Shown here: positions 41,198-52,735 of the stretch, in pieces
Position numbering within the stretch: position 1 is the stretch's first letter
Layout of the letters: each line of letters begins with the position of its first letter
From: an uncultured virus (IMG/VR IMGVR_UViG_3300028805_000071)
Lineage: Duplodnaviria; Heunggongvirae; Uroviricota; Caudoviricetes
Strand: one strand, 5' to 3'
DNA length: 64,000 bases
Virus record (IMG/VR): IMGVR_UViG_3300028805_000071
Made by a program: the position numbers and the translations under genes
Notes under the pieces: generated by a model
The model's database searches: none
Told to the model about the DNA's origin: nothing
What the model saw: only the letters and a program-made list of their open reading frames with translations

Positions 41198-43555
41198 TTA
41201 ATTTAATAAAAATTGTAAACCTATAGCATTATTAATTTTTACGACATTTATACGAATATTTTGACCGGTTGAAGTTGTGCATATAGCAGATACGGGTAAA
41301 TTTAAATCAACCCCATAATCACTCCATAAAGCATATGGGAAATAACGCTCATGGTCACTTTCTGGAATTGAAATTGTTCCACAATTGCCTACATTTAAGG
41401 TAATAGTACCACCATACGCTTCAGTCATTGCGTCCAATTCATCATAATCAATATATACTCATCCATAATCATCTGTTTTATTACGAATTCAAGCATTCGC
41501 CGCATCGCTATTATTTCCTATATCATATGACCCCAAAAGCATAGATATGGATGTATTCGTTGCAATTGGCTTACCAACAATAGCGCCGCCACCAGTTCCA
41601 AAGACAATCTTTCAAACACCGTTTACTAATACCCAAGCGGAAATAACTTCTTTTCATTCCCCACCATGTTTAGCGTATAAAGTATTGCCAGTGTTTCAAA
41701 TATTATTTTTTTGTCCTCATGTAATAATTTTATTGCGCCATTGAGCAGTTAACGTTATATTAGTTGGTATAACATTAGCAGCTTTAATCACATCTCCCGG
41801 TTGAATAATTGCATTATTATCGCTACGTTTCCAACCTAAAAAATCTTTGCCAAATACCTCTGGCGCATTCGCGGCAACCGTTTGAGTGGTGTATCGCATT
41901 GTTACTGCATCTGGAACGGTACCGAAGCCTCCGTTATTGTAAGTTAAAGTAGCAGTATCTTCTTTTCAATTGGCGTATAAAGTAATTGTTTTATCCGCAG
42001 TAATTTCCGTGCCGCCATTAAGTCGTTTTGTAGTAACTGGATTAGTTTCACCGGCCGCAGTATTTTGCTGATTAAATAAATTACCAGTTCCACTTGTATT
42101 TAACGCATAAGCTGTTTCAGTATCAATATGGTATCCTGTTTTCTTTAATCCAAAAGTACTAACATTTCATAAATTATAATATGTACTTTCTACAGACGGA
42201 GAGGATGTAACATCGGCTCATGTGCTGCCATTATCTGTTGATAATTCAACTAAACTGTCACTACCAAGCCGTCACAACCCATCTACACTGGAATAGCCAT
42301 TAGCAATTGTACCCCCATTAGCATGATATTTAATAGTTACATGACAAGGAGTTCATTGAGCAATCATATTATATGTATTGCCATTAGTTGATGTTCAACT
42401 ACCTGACATATTATATTTATCAGGATAATGACGAATTTCGCCATCTGATGCGCCAGTTCATTGCCATTCATTAAATTTATAACCAGTTTTAGTAAAACCA
42501 ACAGCTGGAAATGCTAATGCTGTTCCATAAGTATGCGTTTGATTGGCCATTGAACCACTAGTAGCGCCGTTCCCGTCAAAATGTATAGTTCAAGTATTTA
42601 AAGCTCAATGAGCATATCAAGTAGCTCCAGACGTCAGAGTAAATTGACGCACTGAGTTACCGGACGCATTATATCATTGGGTGCCACCAGATGTAGCATC
42701 ATAGTATCCTAAGAAATGGTGTCCAGTATATGTTGGTTTGGTAATTGATGGATAACTACCGGCCGCAGTGCCTGTTCTAATTTGAACACTAGTAGTACCA
42801 CCGCTGCCACCATTTGCATTTAAAGTAATTGTTTGTAGCTTGCCTTGGAAACTAGCCGTTGCTGTGCCTGATGTCGTTTGAGACATAGTAACACTTGCGC
42901 TAGTATTACCTCCACTTCACCCTCCGGAATAAGTCCATTTAACGAATTCATAACCTGCTTTAGGAGTGGCTGTAATGGTAAATGATGCGCCAGAAGTATA
43001 AGTTCCGCCTCCAGTAACAGTACCCATAGTAGTATCTGCTGATACAACAGTAGCAGTAATAGTGCTAGTATAAGATGGCGCAGCAATTGATACTGTATAT
43101 GTATCTTGCAAGCCATTATCACGCATTTGAAATTTAAATGTTTTTGAACCACTTGTCCAATTAGAAATAGTCCAGCTACCTATTGTTCCAGTTTTTTGAG
43201 TAGGCTTAGTTTTTACGTCAATATTTGAATCATCACCATGTGCAGAAAAATAGGTAGCTGTATTACTAGTACACTTCCATTTAGTACCACTGCTATTAAT
43301 AACTTTAGATGGATGAGTACTATCTGACCAAGTACCTTCTCATGCGTAAATAGTTACTTGATATTGAGTATAAGACGCACTTGAATTAGCATAACTACCA
43401 AAACCTAAATAATAATAAGCTGTAACAGAAACATTTTTTGATGTTTCTGAACTTCTGGTACAAACAAATTTAATAACACCACCAATATGTGGGCCATCAT
43501 CAAATGCAGCATCCTTAGGGCCGGAGTTTTTAATATAGCCTGTTTTTGTTGACAT
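41198..43555 (-). CDS. adhesin or tail-associated protein with Listeria-Bacteroides (InlB B-type) repeats (785 aa; about 19 TGA=Trp)
   Basis: Five ORF-track fragments in one frame, joined only by TGA; repeat motifs TLNANGG, KTGYKF, YAH*, TLYAN*, LTAQW. Confidence 0.85.
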
Positions 43556-43571
43556 AGACTACCGCACCCCC

Positions 43572-44147
43572 TTATTTCCACTGTCCATTAATATATATAT
43601 CAGCACTAACAGTTCCTGTGTTGCCATTTCTTACAAAACTCAATCCGACTTGTGTCGTAGTACGCGTACGCATACCGGCAGTCCAACCGACGTTGCTCCC
43701 TACTGCTGCGGCGGTAGCCATAGCATAATAATTAGCATTTGCCATCGTAAAAGGAAGAGCAATATCAACTGGTGTCGAATAATACATTGCATACCCATTT
43801 GTTGGAGTACCATAATTATTTCAAGTTAAACTACTACTAGAAAAATGGCCTCAGCACTCTGCAACACCGCTTGCCCATTTTCTATAGGTTCAAATTCCGC
43901 TCGCGCCTTGGTCAACTATCCAGTCAGCCTGGCCTCCACTCGCATCTCCATATTTTAATCAAATACTATTTTCAGGATATGCCTCTGGGGTTGAAGCGTC
44001 TTGATTAGACACTATTATTTTTCCTCTATCTTCGGGAGTAAAATACAACTCATCAGAATTAATTTGCCCATTCTGTAGAGCTATATTGTATTGTTCTTGG
44101 GTGAGATAGTTTATTTTGAATTCAGTTAAATTTTGTGTGCTTGCCAT
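43572..44147 (-). CDS. tail fibre-associated protein with gp53-like C-terminal domain (191 aa; 4 TGA=Trp)
   Basis: I*TYRKWASGVAEC*G motif; fragments 43959-44147 and 43572-43787 in frame. Confidence 0.82.
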
Positions 44148-44184
44148 ATATTCCTCCCCCCCCTCCTACATTTCAAAGGAGGTC

Positions 44185-45642
44185 TTAAAAGACTTTGCGC
44201 CAAGTCCCATCGACATTGACTCAAATATCTTGTATTTTCTTTCAAGTTTTATTTATATTTGCTCAATAGCTATATAATTTTAATCATTCAGAATCTGTGT
44301 TTGCAGCTATTGGTAATTCATATTTGTTTGTTGGCGGCGCTGCTTGTCAAACAGCATAAAGATTAATTGTACCACCATTAGATGAAGTTAAATTTAAAAC
44401 TGACTGGCCATTCGTATAATCACGTGTTCCAGCATCCGCTTTGGCTTGAGTAGTTGCTCATCCATAAAAAATATAGCCAGGCTTGGTAAAACCATTCGTT
44501 GTTAATTTTTTACTAGTTCCATAATAATGGGTCGATGAATTAGTACTTCCTATTGCACCAGTCGCATTATATTTAATTGTATAAGAATTTGGTTGTCAAT
44601 TAACATAAATACTAACTGTTTTATCTGCGGTTAATGTTGTACCGCCATTTAAATTTGTAGTATTAGCGACATTTGTGCTACTGGCCGTCGACTCTTGATT
44701 AATATCAACCCCAGTGCCATCCGCTTTAGTATTATATGCTTTAGTACCAGTTATATGATACCCAGTTTTAGTCGCATTATATGTTGCAACGTTTCATAAA
44801 TTAATATAAGAATCAGCGGTTGTCATTGATGAAACCAGTGTAGAATATGGCCCATCAGCTGTAGTTGTTGAAACTGTTACTAAATTGTTTGAGTATTTAA
44901 ATCAACGACTATTTGTTCCATCTTGATGTGGTGCATCAGCTATTGTGCCGCCATTTAAATTATGCTGTATTTTTAATACTGGATAACGTACAATACTTAT
45001 ATTTACGCTTGGGGAATTATGTGGTGCCGTAGCAGTTACTGTAAAAGTATTTGTGCCATAAGCCAAATCTACCGTGCAAGATGTCGCCGTACCTGAATAA
45101 ACTTGCGTTGAACCTTTTTTAACAGTATACCCAGTAATTGCATTACTAGTGCCATTAGTTCCTTTCCATTTAAGTGTTCCAGTTGCAGAGTTTTGCGGTG
45201 ATGTAGTGCCATTGTTTGCAACAGAAGCGTTGCTTCATAAATTAATTGTAGTTAATACCGCAGTGCCACTTGCTGTTACTACGCCAGTTGAAGTACCATT
45301 AGTATCAAACCTTGCTGAAATTGTAATAGATTTTGACCCATTGCTAGTATGAGTTATACTTTTTGATTTTGATATAAGGGTTACAGTTGAACCTGACCAA
45401 TAATTTAAAGTTGCGTTATAACTAGTTCCATCTATTGTTAAAGTTACCCATGTTGGGTCTCCATCGGAATGTGACCCAAATGAATTTTCTAAATATACAG
45501 TTGCATATACAGTTGATGTGTTAGTTGTACTATTTATGCTATTTGCATCTTCATATCAATCAATACGCAAACGATTGTAACTATAACCATAGCTAGTATT
45601 TCCTACATAATTACCATATATACTCCCACTTTTATTAGCCAT
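44185..45642 (-). CDS. minor structural protein: DUF859-like N-terminus and B-type repeats (485 aa; about 11 TGA=Trp); absent from the ORF track
   Basis: AAGGAGG SD, ATG 45642; open except for TGA to TAA 44185; GYIFYG*A, NLYAV*, C-terminal T*KKIQDI*VNVDGTWRKVF. Confidence 0.82.
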
Positions 45643-45653
45643 ACATTACCTCC

Positions 45654-46415
45654 TTATGCCGTTCTATGCCATCTATTAACAACTATATAAGGTTGCATGA
45701 CAGAAATTGATTTAGCAGTGCCGGTAAAAGTATGCTTATGACTTTCTGCTGTACCAGTAAAACCATGATTATGAGCTCCTCCACCGCCTTTAGCATTGGT
45801 ATTTTGCACAGATGTTTCAGACGTCGTACCATACCAGCCTCTTTGAATTGCTGAAGAGGCGCCAACACCACCATTATATGCATTAAATCCATGGTAATGT
45901 GAAGGAATTTCATTAATCGTAAGTGTATGATTACCAACAGTTCCTTTAGGAGTAACAGATGTATTCTCTACAGTACCGCTAGGCGTATAACTAACACTGG
46001 TCGCACCGCCAGTAGCTCCAGTACTATATCCAGTACCTGCTGATACATGTACTCGCCCAGCTGTTTCTAGCTCTCAAGTACCACCTCAACTAGTCTCAGG
46101 ATTAAAATTTGCATCACTGGTTTCATAATAACTACCGACTGGGTAAAACATATCAAGTAATGTCATTTCACTACCGTACTTCATCCATACTGTTCCATTT
46201 GGATAATCAGTTGCGTTTGTAGCGTCTTCACTTGACAAAACGATATTTTTTAAATTGGCTGTTGCATAGCCGGTTGTTGCGGGGGCCGCTGTCTGGGCCC
46301 CCTTTCCACTATCAGTTAAAATATAAACTTCATCATCATTTACAGTCGCACCGTCATATTGCGCCTGTGTTAAAAAATTGATTTTTAAAGTTGACAAATC
46401 GTGTGTTTCAGACAT
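45654..46415 (-). CDS. baseplate or tail collar-type protein (253 aa; 2 TGA=Trp)
   Basis: YPVGSYY....NP..S*GGT*E, HTLTINEIPSHYH, VNRWHRTA C-terminus. Confidence 0.85.
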
Positions 46416-46454
46416 AATTTTATCTTACCTTTCCAATTAGATTAGCAATAAAAA

Positions 46455-47219
46455 TTATTTAACCTGTTGCATTGCCTTTAATGTTTTCGTGCCTACTATT
46501 CCGTCAACAGTTACCTTTAATTTCTTTTGCATACGTTCTACTCTAGCCTTGGTAATTGGCCCAAAATCTCCATCGACCTTAAGAGCCTTTAAATTTTTAT
46601 CGCCTTTAAAATACCAATTTAAGTATTTTTGAAGTTTCTTAACTTCTTCACCTTTAGACCCCTGCTTTAAAGGGGTATATTTTTGTTGATTAACTACCCT
46701 GAATATTGTTAATCTTGATTTATTGTTCATATCAAAACGAGCATTATGAGCGCTTGTGGTTGAGAAAGCCCAATTGCCAGCAGAAGCTTCTTTAATTTTA
46801 TTACCTTCGCCAACTATAAAAATATGGCCTCTTCTTTTAACACCCTTTTTTGTATAATGTCCAATATCTCCAGGCTGCGCATTTGCTGGAGATACTTTTC
46901 TATATGCCTCAGGGTGGGCATTCATATATTTTAATTGTTTCCATAACCCAAGGGGCATATTTTTATCATACACCGACCTAATGGTTACTCCAGCGCCTAC
47001 ATCACAAGAAAATCCTCTACGACTAGCATCTGACCAATATTTGAATCCTTTTGCAACTTTATTTTGAGCCGCCTTTCATTGAGCTGTTGGATGTCCATTA
47101 GGATAAGCAGCTTCTTTAGGTCTACCAGCATATGCAAGTCTATTGGCCTCGTTAGCTAATCTTTTTTGATAATTAATAGTGGTATATACGCTGGGATATG
47201 CTCCTGTGTACTTACTCAT
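46455..47219 (-). CDS. endolysin: putative Cys/His (NlpC/P60 or CHAP-like) hydrolase with a peptidoglycan-binding domain (254 aa; TGA 47076-47078=Trp)
   Basis: ATG 47219 overlaps the holin stop; FSCD (Cys), QPGDI, GHI (His); C-terminal LKQGSKG.EVK.LQ..L, VDGDFGPIT, VDGIVG. Confidence 0.82.
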
Positions 47220-47523
47220 CTTCTTCATTCCCTTCTACAAACTCAGGGTCATCATATGCTTCTCTTAAATTTTTAATTCCGCTAAATACACCAGCGGCCA
47301 TAAGTCCTTCGCCAAGTCCGGCCAGTATAGCGAGAACAGGATGCATTCCTTGATATATCCAGAATACTCCCATACCAAGCATTGCACCAAAAATAAGGTC
47401 TACATAAAAGATATATTTTGATGCAAACAATTCTTGCTTTTTAATAAGCTCTGCAAGTGCCATAATTAATGCCACCTGTCCAGCTGGAGAAATTAAATAA
47501 GTTATAAGTGTATTAATATCCAT
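47212..47523 (-). CDS. holin
   Basis: 103 aa, three hydrophobic segments, GL.A.GVFSG.KN motif, directly upstream of the lysin. Confidence 0.8.
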   Translation of the reverse strand: MDINTLITYLISPAGQVALIMALAELIKKQELFASKYIFYVDLIFGAMLGMGVFWIYQGMHPVLAILAGLGEGLMAAGVFSGIKNLREAYDDPEFVEGNEEDE

Positions 47524-47626
47524 ATTTGCTCCTTTCTATTTGATTCTGTATAATCAAATGATTCTACGCAATATTCTACTTAAAATTGTTATGAAAGTCT
47601 AATTATGCAGCTGTTCTTGTTTTATA

Positions 47627-48376
47627 TTAATGATTTGCCGCAAGTTCATAGGCACGTGAATATTCATATCCATAGGCTGTTTTATCACATTCATAAAGGT
47701 GCCAAGTCATTGTTATAGTTGTATTTGCTGGATTTATTGCAGTAAATGCGGCTTCTGGAACATAACTAGTATTAATTACCATCGCAACATTGCCTAATAT
47801 TAAATCAATATAATTAGAATTTGTAGACCAACTAATAGAGCCCGTTCCAGAATGATATATACCGCATCCACTATTAGTAATTCCATATGTATTATCAGCT
47901 TTTTGATATAATAATGCATGCGGAGTTTGAATATATGAAGAACCTTTTCTAAAAGTTGCTGAAGTGTTTAATATTCCTGTAGTAGAATTTATACTATCAA
48001 TGTACTTGCCTTCATGATAATCCCTAACTTGGCAATGTCTAATTGGATGAATTGTCCCGCTTACACTATTACTTCCATAATTATATTCTGTAATACATTC
48101 TGCAAACCCCATATAATCATGTTGATTAAAATCAATTTTTGTCCCGTCATATGCTTCTCCAATACGAAAACAAGTAATTGTACTTCCTCCGCTGGTACTA
48201 TAAGTTGTTGCTGGTAAAGTTAAATTTTGAGAAGTAGTACTTGGCGTTAAACTACTATAATTAGTCTGCCCTAAATTAATAGAATAAGTTTTTGTTAAAA
48301 GCAAACGTCCATTAAGACCATATCCCCCATTAGTTCCCGCTAAACTTACCTTATCTGTGCCTAAATATATTGCCAT
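47627..48376 (-). CDS. hypothetical structural protein (249 aa)
   Basis: MAIYLGTDKV start, Ser/Thr/Gly-rich, in the tail gene cluster. Confidence 0.7.
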   Translation of the reverse strand: MAIYLGTDKVSLAGTNGGYGLNGRLLLTKTYSINLGQTNYSSLTPSTTSQNLTLPATTYSTSGGSTITCFRIGEAYDGTKIDFNQHDYMGFAECITEYNYGSNSVSGTIHPIRHCQVRDYHEGKYIDSINSTTGILNTSATFRKGSSYIQTPHALLYQKADNTYGITNSGCGIYHSGTGSISWSTNSNYIDLILGNVAMVINTSYVPEAAFTAINPANTTITMTWHLYECDKTAYGYEYSRAYELAANH

Positions 48377-48379
48377 AGT

Positions 48380-51300
48380 TTACCACCTCACTATTTGTAC
48401 TAATGTTCTTGTTCCCCATTCAGTTGTTGTGCCATTTGAAATTAATGTTTTTCCATTGTCATTAGTTGTACTTGTAATTTGTGATGGCGCAATCGCAATT
48501 GATTGGAATGTTGCGCTAATTTTACCATTTGTTTCGGTTAATGTAGCCAAAGTTTTTCCTGCCCCAAAACCAGAAATATTAGAAACATCAAGCGCTGCAA
48601 TAGAATCATATACTAATTTAGGTGTTGCAGCTAAACTTTGTTCTGAACTACTGGAAGTTGAAGATAATTTAGTAACGCCATATACACTAGTTGATGCTTT
48701 AGTAATTGCCTGTGCTGTTCCACTACGACCTAAAACTGTAACATTAATTTTTGGAGCATTACTTGCATCCCCAGCTGTAATTGAAATGCCGGGAGAAATA
48801 TTAACCCATTTTGGTGCTTTAGTCGCACCATCTCCAACAAGTGCTTGAGTATCTGCGGTACCGCCAGCAGTAGGAGCATATATAGATACACTACTAGTCT
48901 GGTCAGCGCCATTAATATCTGCGGTATAATTAGTATAATTAGCTTCAGTTAAAATATATTTCCATTCGCCCCAATCCGAAGTATTACTACTATTAGTTGC
49001 CCCTCTAACCATTGGAGAAGGGTCATTTTTATCGTGCCTTAAATAAAATTGAGCTGCCCATCCACTATTATCCCAATGATAAGTAGTTATATATCCATCA
49101 CCAGCTGGTGGCTTATGAGTAGTCATTGAACTACTTGCTAAACAAAAATGTACTTTAGATAAATAACTAGGCGTTAAATAATCTGCACTGGCCGGTCTAC
49201 CTAAATTAGTAATATAGTTAGTTGTTGTAGCAACACTCCAAGATTTTTTACTTCCTGCGCTAGTACCAGTAGTATCTCCAGTCAATGCAACTGTAGCATT
49301 TGAACTAAATTCAGTAGCCGTCGTTGCATTTCCATCTAAAGCACCAACTATATGTCCATTTTCTAAAAATTTAATTTGTGCAGTTGTAGCATTATTATTA
49401 GCATAATTAGTATCAGTTATATAACTAAAAATTAAATCATCTGTATAACTAGCATTGTCATAAGTACCGACATCCCAAGAACCATTAGTAGTCTTAGCTG
49501 ACCACAATGGAGTATATCCATTAATTGAGGTTGTTTTAATTAATACATTATCTCTACCTTTATTCCAACTAGTAGATACTCCAGCACGAGAAATTGCACC
49601 AGTCATTGTACCACCAGCGAGTGGCAATTTGGTATTATCCCTCGCACTACCATTCGCTAAAGCTTTACCCTGTGCCGCACTCAATGAATCTGTTGTACTA
49701 TCACTAGTTAAATTATTCTGAATACCACGCCAAGTATTAGTATCTGTAGCTGCAAATGTTACATTTCCGCTTGCATCAGATGTAATACTCATATTATTAC
49801 CAGGTACTAATTTTATTCTACTAGTAGCAGAACCACCATCAACATTAATTAAATAAGTATTACCAGATGTAGTTGTTGCATTAACACTACCATTAGAAGC
49901 TCCAGCATATAAATAAGATGTATTATGAGTATTAGTATCAGTACTTTTTACAGTAATGGTTTTACCATCAGCACTAGATGTTACTGTAGTAGCTCCATCA
50001 CCCATTATTCTAACACTATCTCGAAGAGCAGATTCTTCAATTAAATTTAGATATGGATTAGAAGTAGCTGTTGTTACTTGAGAAGTACTAGTAGCTGAGT
50101 TTGCAGTTCTTAAATGAGCTGTATAATGTGTATCTGTATCTGTATTGGTATCTGTCCAAGGAACATTAACATACATTTGTCCATTAGATAATTGAACTGG
50201 ATAATTTTTACCATTAGCAGCATACCCTATTTTAACTAATCCTAATGTACTAGAAGTGGCTGTTGAATAAGTAGTATCTTGAGCTGGAATTCCCAACCCA
50301 GTAATATCTGCTTTAGCTACTGCAGTAGCTGATGTTACATGACCCAAATTATTAATAGTAATCTTATACAATCCATTATTATAAGAAGTGTGAGTTGGAT
50401 GAGTATAAACAGTATCCGTAAACTTAGGATTACTACCAACCTCAACCCCGTTAATAGTATTTGCACTTATATTATTTGTAAAACTTGCATTTCCAGTAAC
50501 CAATAATTGGCCAGCTGTTAAGTCGTCGGCAGATACAGAATCACCAAAATTAACTGGGCCAGTAAAGTTAGCTCCACTTAATTGGGCATAACCACTTAAG
50601 TCTATAACTGTGCCTAATTCTTCCCAAGCACTGCCATTCCAAACATATTCACTACCATCTGCAGTAATATGCCATACATCACCAGTTGTATTACTAGAAG
50701 AAGGCAAATCTCCTACTGTGGCTTTGGTGCCCTTATAATGAAATACACTTGCAATTAAATTATTTACTTCGTTTTTAGTATAAGGAGTAAAACCAAGAGC
50801 CGTTGTTACTTGACTTGAAGTTAATGCACCTCGTAAATTTGTAGCAGTAAGTGTCCCACTAGATGGATTAAACGTTAATTTTCCGCTTTTATACGAAGAA
50901 TTTGTTGCTGTAGTATCATTCGCATCATGTGATAATAAAACTCTCAGTGTAGAGTTTGCTGTTGAATTTTCTTGTTTTACTAAAGTGTCAGTATTGGTGT
51001 TTGTCGTATAACTTGGTGCAGCCCAAGTACCATCTTCACGTAAGAACTTAGTGTTTTGAGTTTGTGTGCTTACAGTCGCTCCTTTTGGTGCGACACCAGC
51101 GCTCGAACTAGATACTTGTGGAATATTTGCGGCTATTTGTGCTCCAGCATTACTGCCCGCATAAGTTAATGTCATTTTTACGGGATTAGTGGCATTAGAT
51201 GTGCTATCATCCGCAAATGCCGCAGACCCTACATATGTATCAGTATTATTATCTGCAGGAATGGCTCACGTGCCATCGGCACGCCAAAATTTTGTGTTAT

Positions 51301-51727
51301 ATCCGTCTTTAGGTGGGGTAGCATTAATATATCCTCCACTACCATTAGCAGCAGAGGTAGCTCCAGTCATTGCGGTTCATGTATCAGTATTATTCCAATC
51401 ATTCATAATCCAGGCATCGCCAGTATAAGTGAATGAAACAACTGCACCAGCAGGCCATGAAGTTGCTGCAGTGGTACCAGGCACTGTAGTGCCATATCTA
51501 TATATAGATTTTGCTTGACCTTCTGTTCCTACTATTAATTTTGGGCTTGCCGCGGTATTACTATTAGTAAATTTTACATGTAATGTAACGCCAGTAATTA
51601 AAGTATCGAAATCAGATAATGTAACCGTTTTATTAGCAGTATTCGCAGCTGTATCACAAGTTCCATATAAAGCAGAGCCAATTGGATATGTAGTATTACC
51701 TATCTTTGTTTTTGCTATATAAGTCAT
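48380..51727 (-). CDS. long tail fibre protein (1115 aa; 2 TGA=Trp)
   Basis: ORFs 51377-51727 and 48380-51175 in frame; KFWRADGT*AIP versus internal KFLREDGTWAAP; LPLAGGTMTG, ATSSTLGLVKIG, AATPKLV fibre motifs. Confidence 0.85.
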
Positions 51728-51746
51728 ATCTTTATCCCTCCTTTAA

Positions 51747-52718
51747 TTAACCATTCGCCTGCAGCGCAGTAAGCACCGTCTGTGATTTTTTAGTAACAAC
51801 TGTTGGAGTATTTGTTGTCCAAGATTTAACCGCTTCAAAACTCTGCGATTCTGTTTCTGGTAATGTTCCAGCATCCCACGCGCTAATATATGTAGCAGTT
51901 AATGCAGTTCCTAGCGTAGGAGCAGTGCCATTAGTAATGGTCAGCACTCCAGCAGACACAGACGCATTTGTTGCAGTACCAGCACTGGTTACATTTGGAA
52001 TTGTAACATTACTCTTGGTCATTGAAGGAGTAGTTCATGTGCTACCATACTTAATACCGCCAACATTTACAGTTTCAGTTGTTAATGTAGCAGCAACACC
52101 GCTTGTAATTGAGTTTATAATATCTATAGACTTACTAGTTGCCCCATATTTAGTATCACTTGCGCTAATAATAATTGTATTATCATTATCTGTTGGGGTA
52201 AAACTTATATTACCGCCTGATTTAAAAACTAAAGTATCTTCAATATCATTTGCTGCTACATCAGTATAAGCATTATTACTTGTATAAACTCTAACTTTAC
52301 TAAAACCATCTATTCCACTTAAATCATCTAAAGTCTTTTTGTCTGCCGCAGTCATTAAACCGAGCGCAGATTGTGTTGCAGTCGGTATATTTACATAATT
52401 ATTTTGGCCAGTTGCGCCATCAGAGCCCGTCAGTTTAATATCAATTCCTGTATATCCGCTTCGAGTGCTTGATTTAGATAAATCATATTTTGAGTCTACC
52501 GCAGACAGAACACCGGTATCAGCAATGCTTAAATTACTGCCAACTTTAATACCGCCTAAACTCGATGCGCTCGCTATTGGTAATACGTATGTATTATCAC
52601 CAGGAATTAAATAAAGCTCATTATCATTAATCAGCCCTTTATTTACCATCGCATCATAAACTGCTTGGCTTGCGACATGATTAATGGTTAATTTTGTTAA
52701 ATTTATTTCACTAGGCAC
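51747..52718 (-). CDS. tail fibre-like protein (323 aa; TGA 52035-52037=Trp)
   Basis: Two fragments in frame; LPIASASSLGGIKVG and ATQSALGLMTAADK repeats. Confidence 0.8.
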
Positions 52719-52735
52719 GTCTATCTCTCTCCTTT

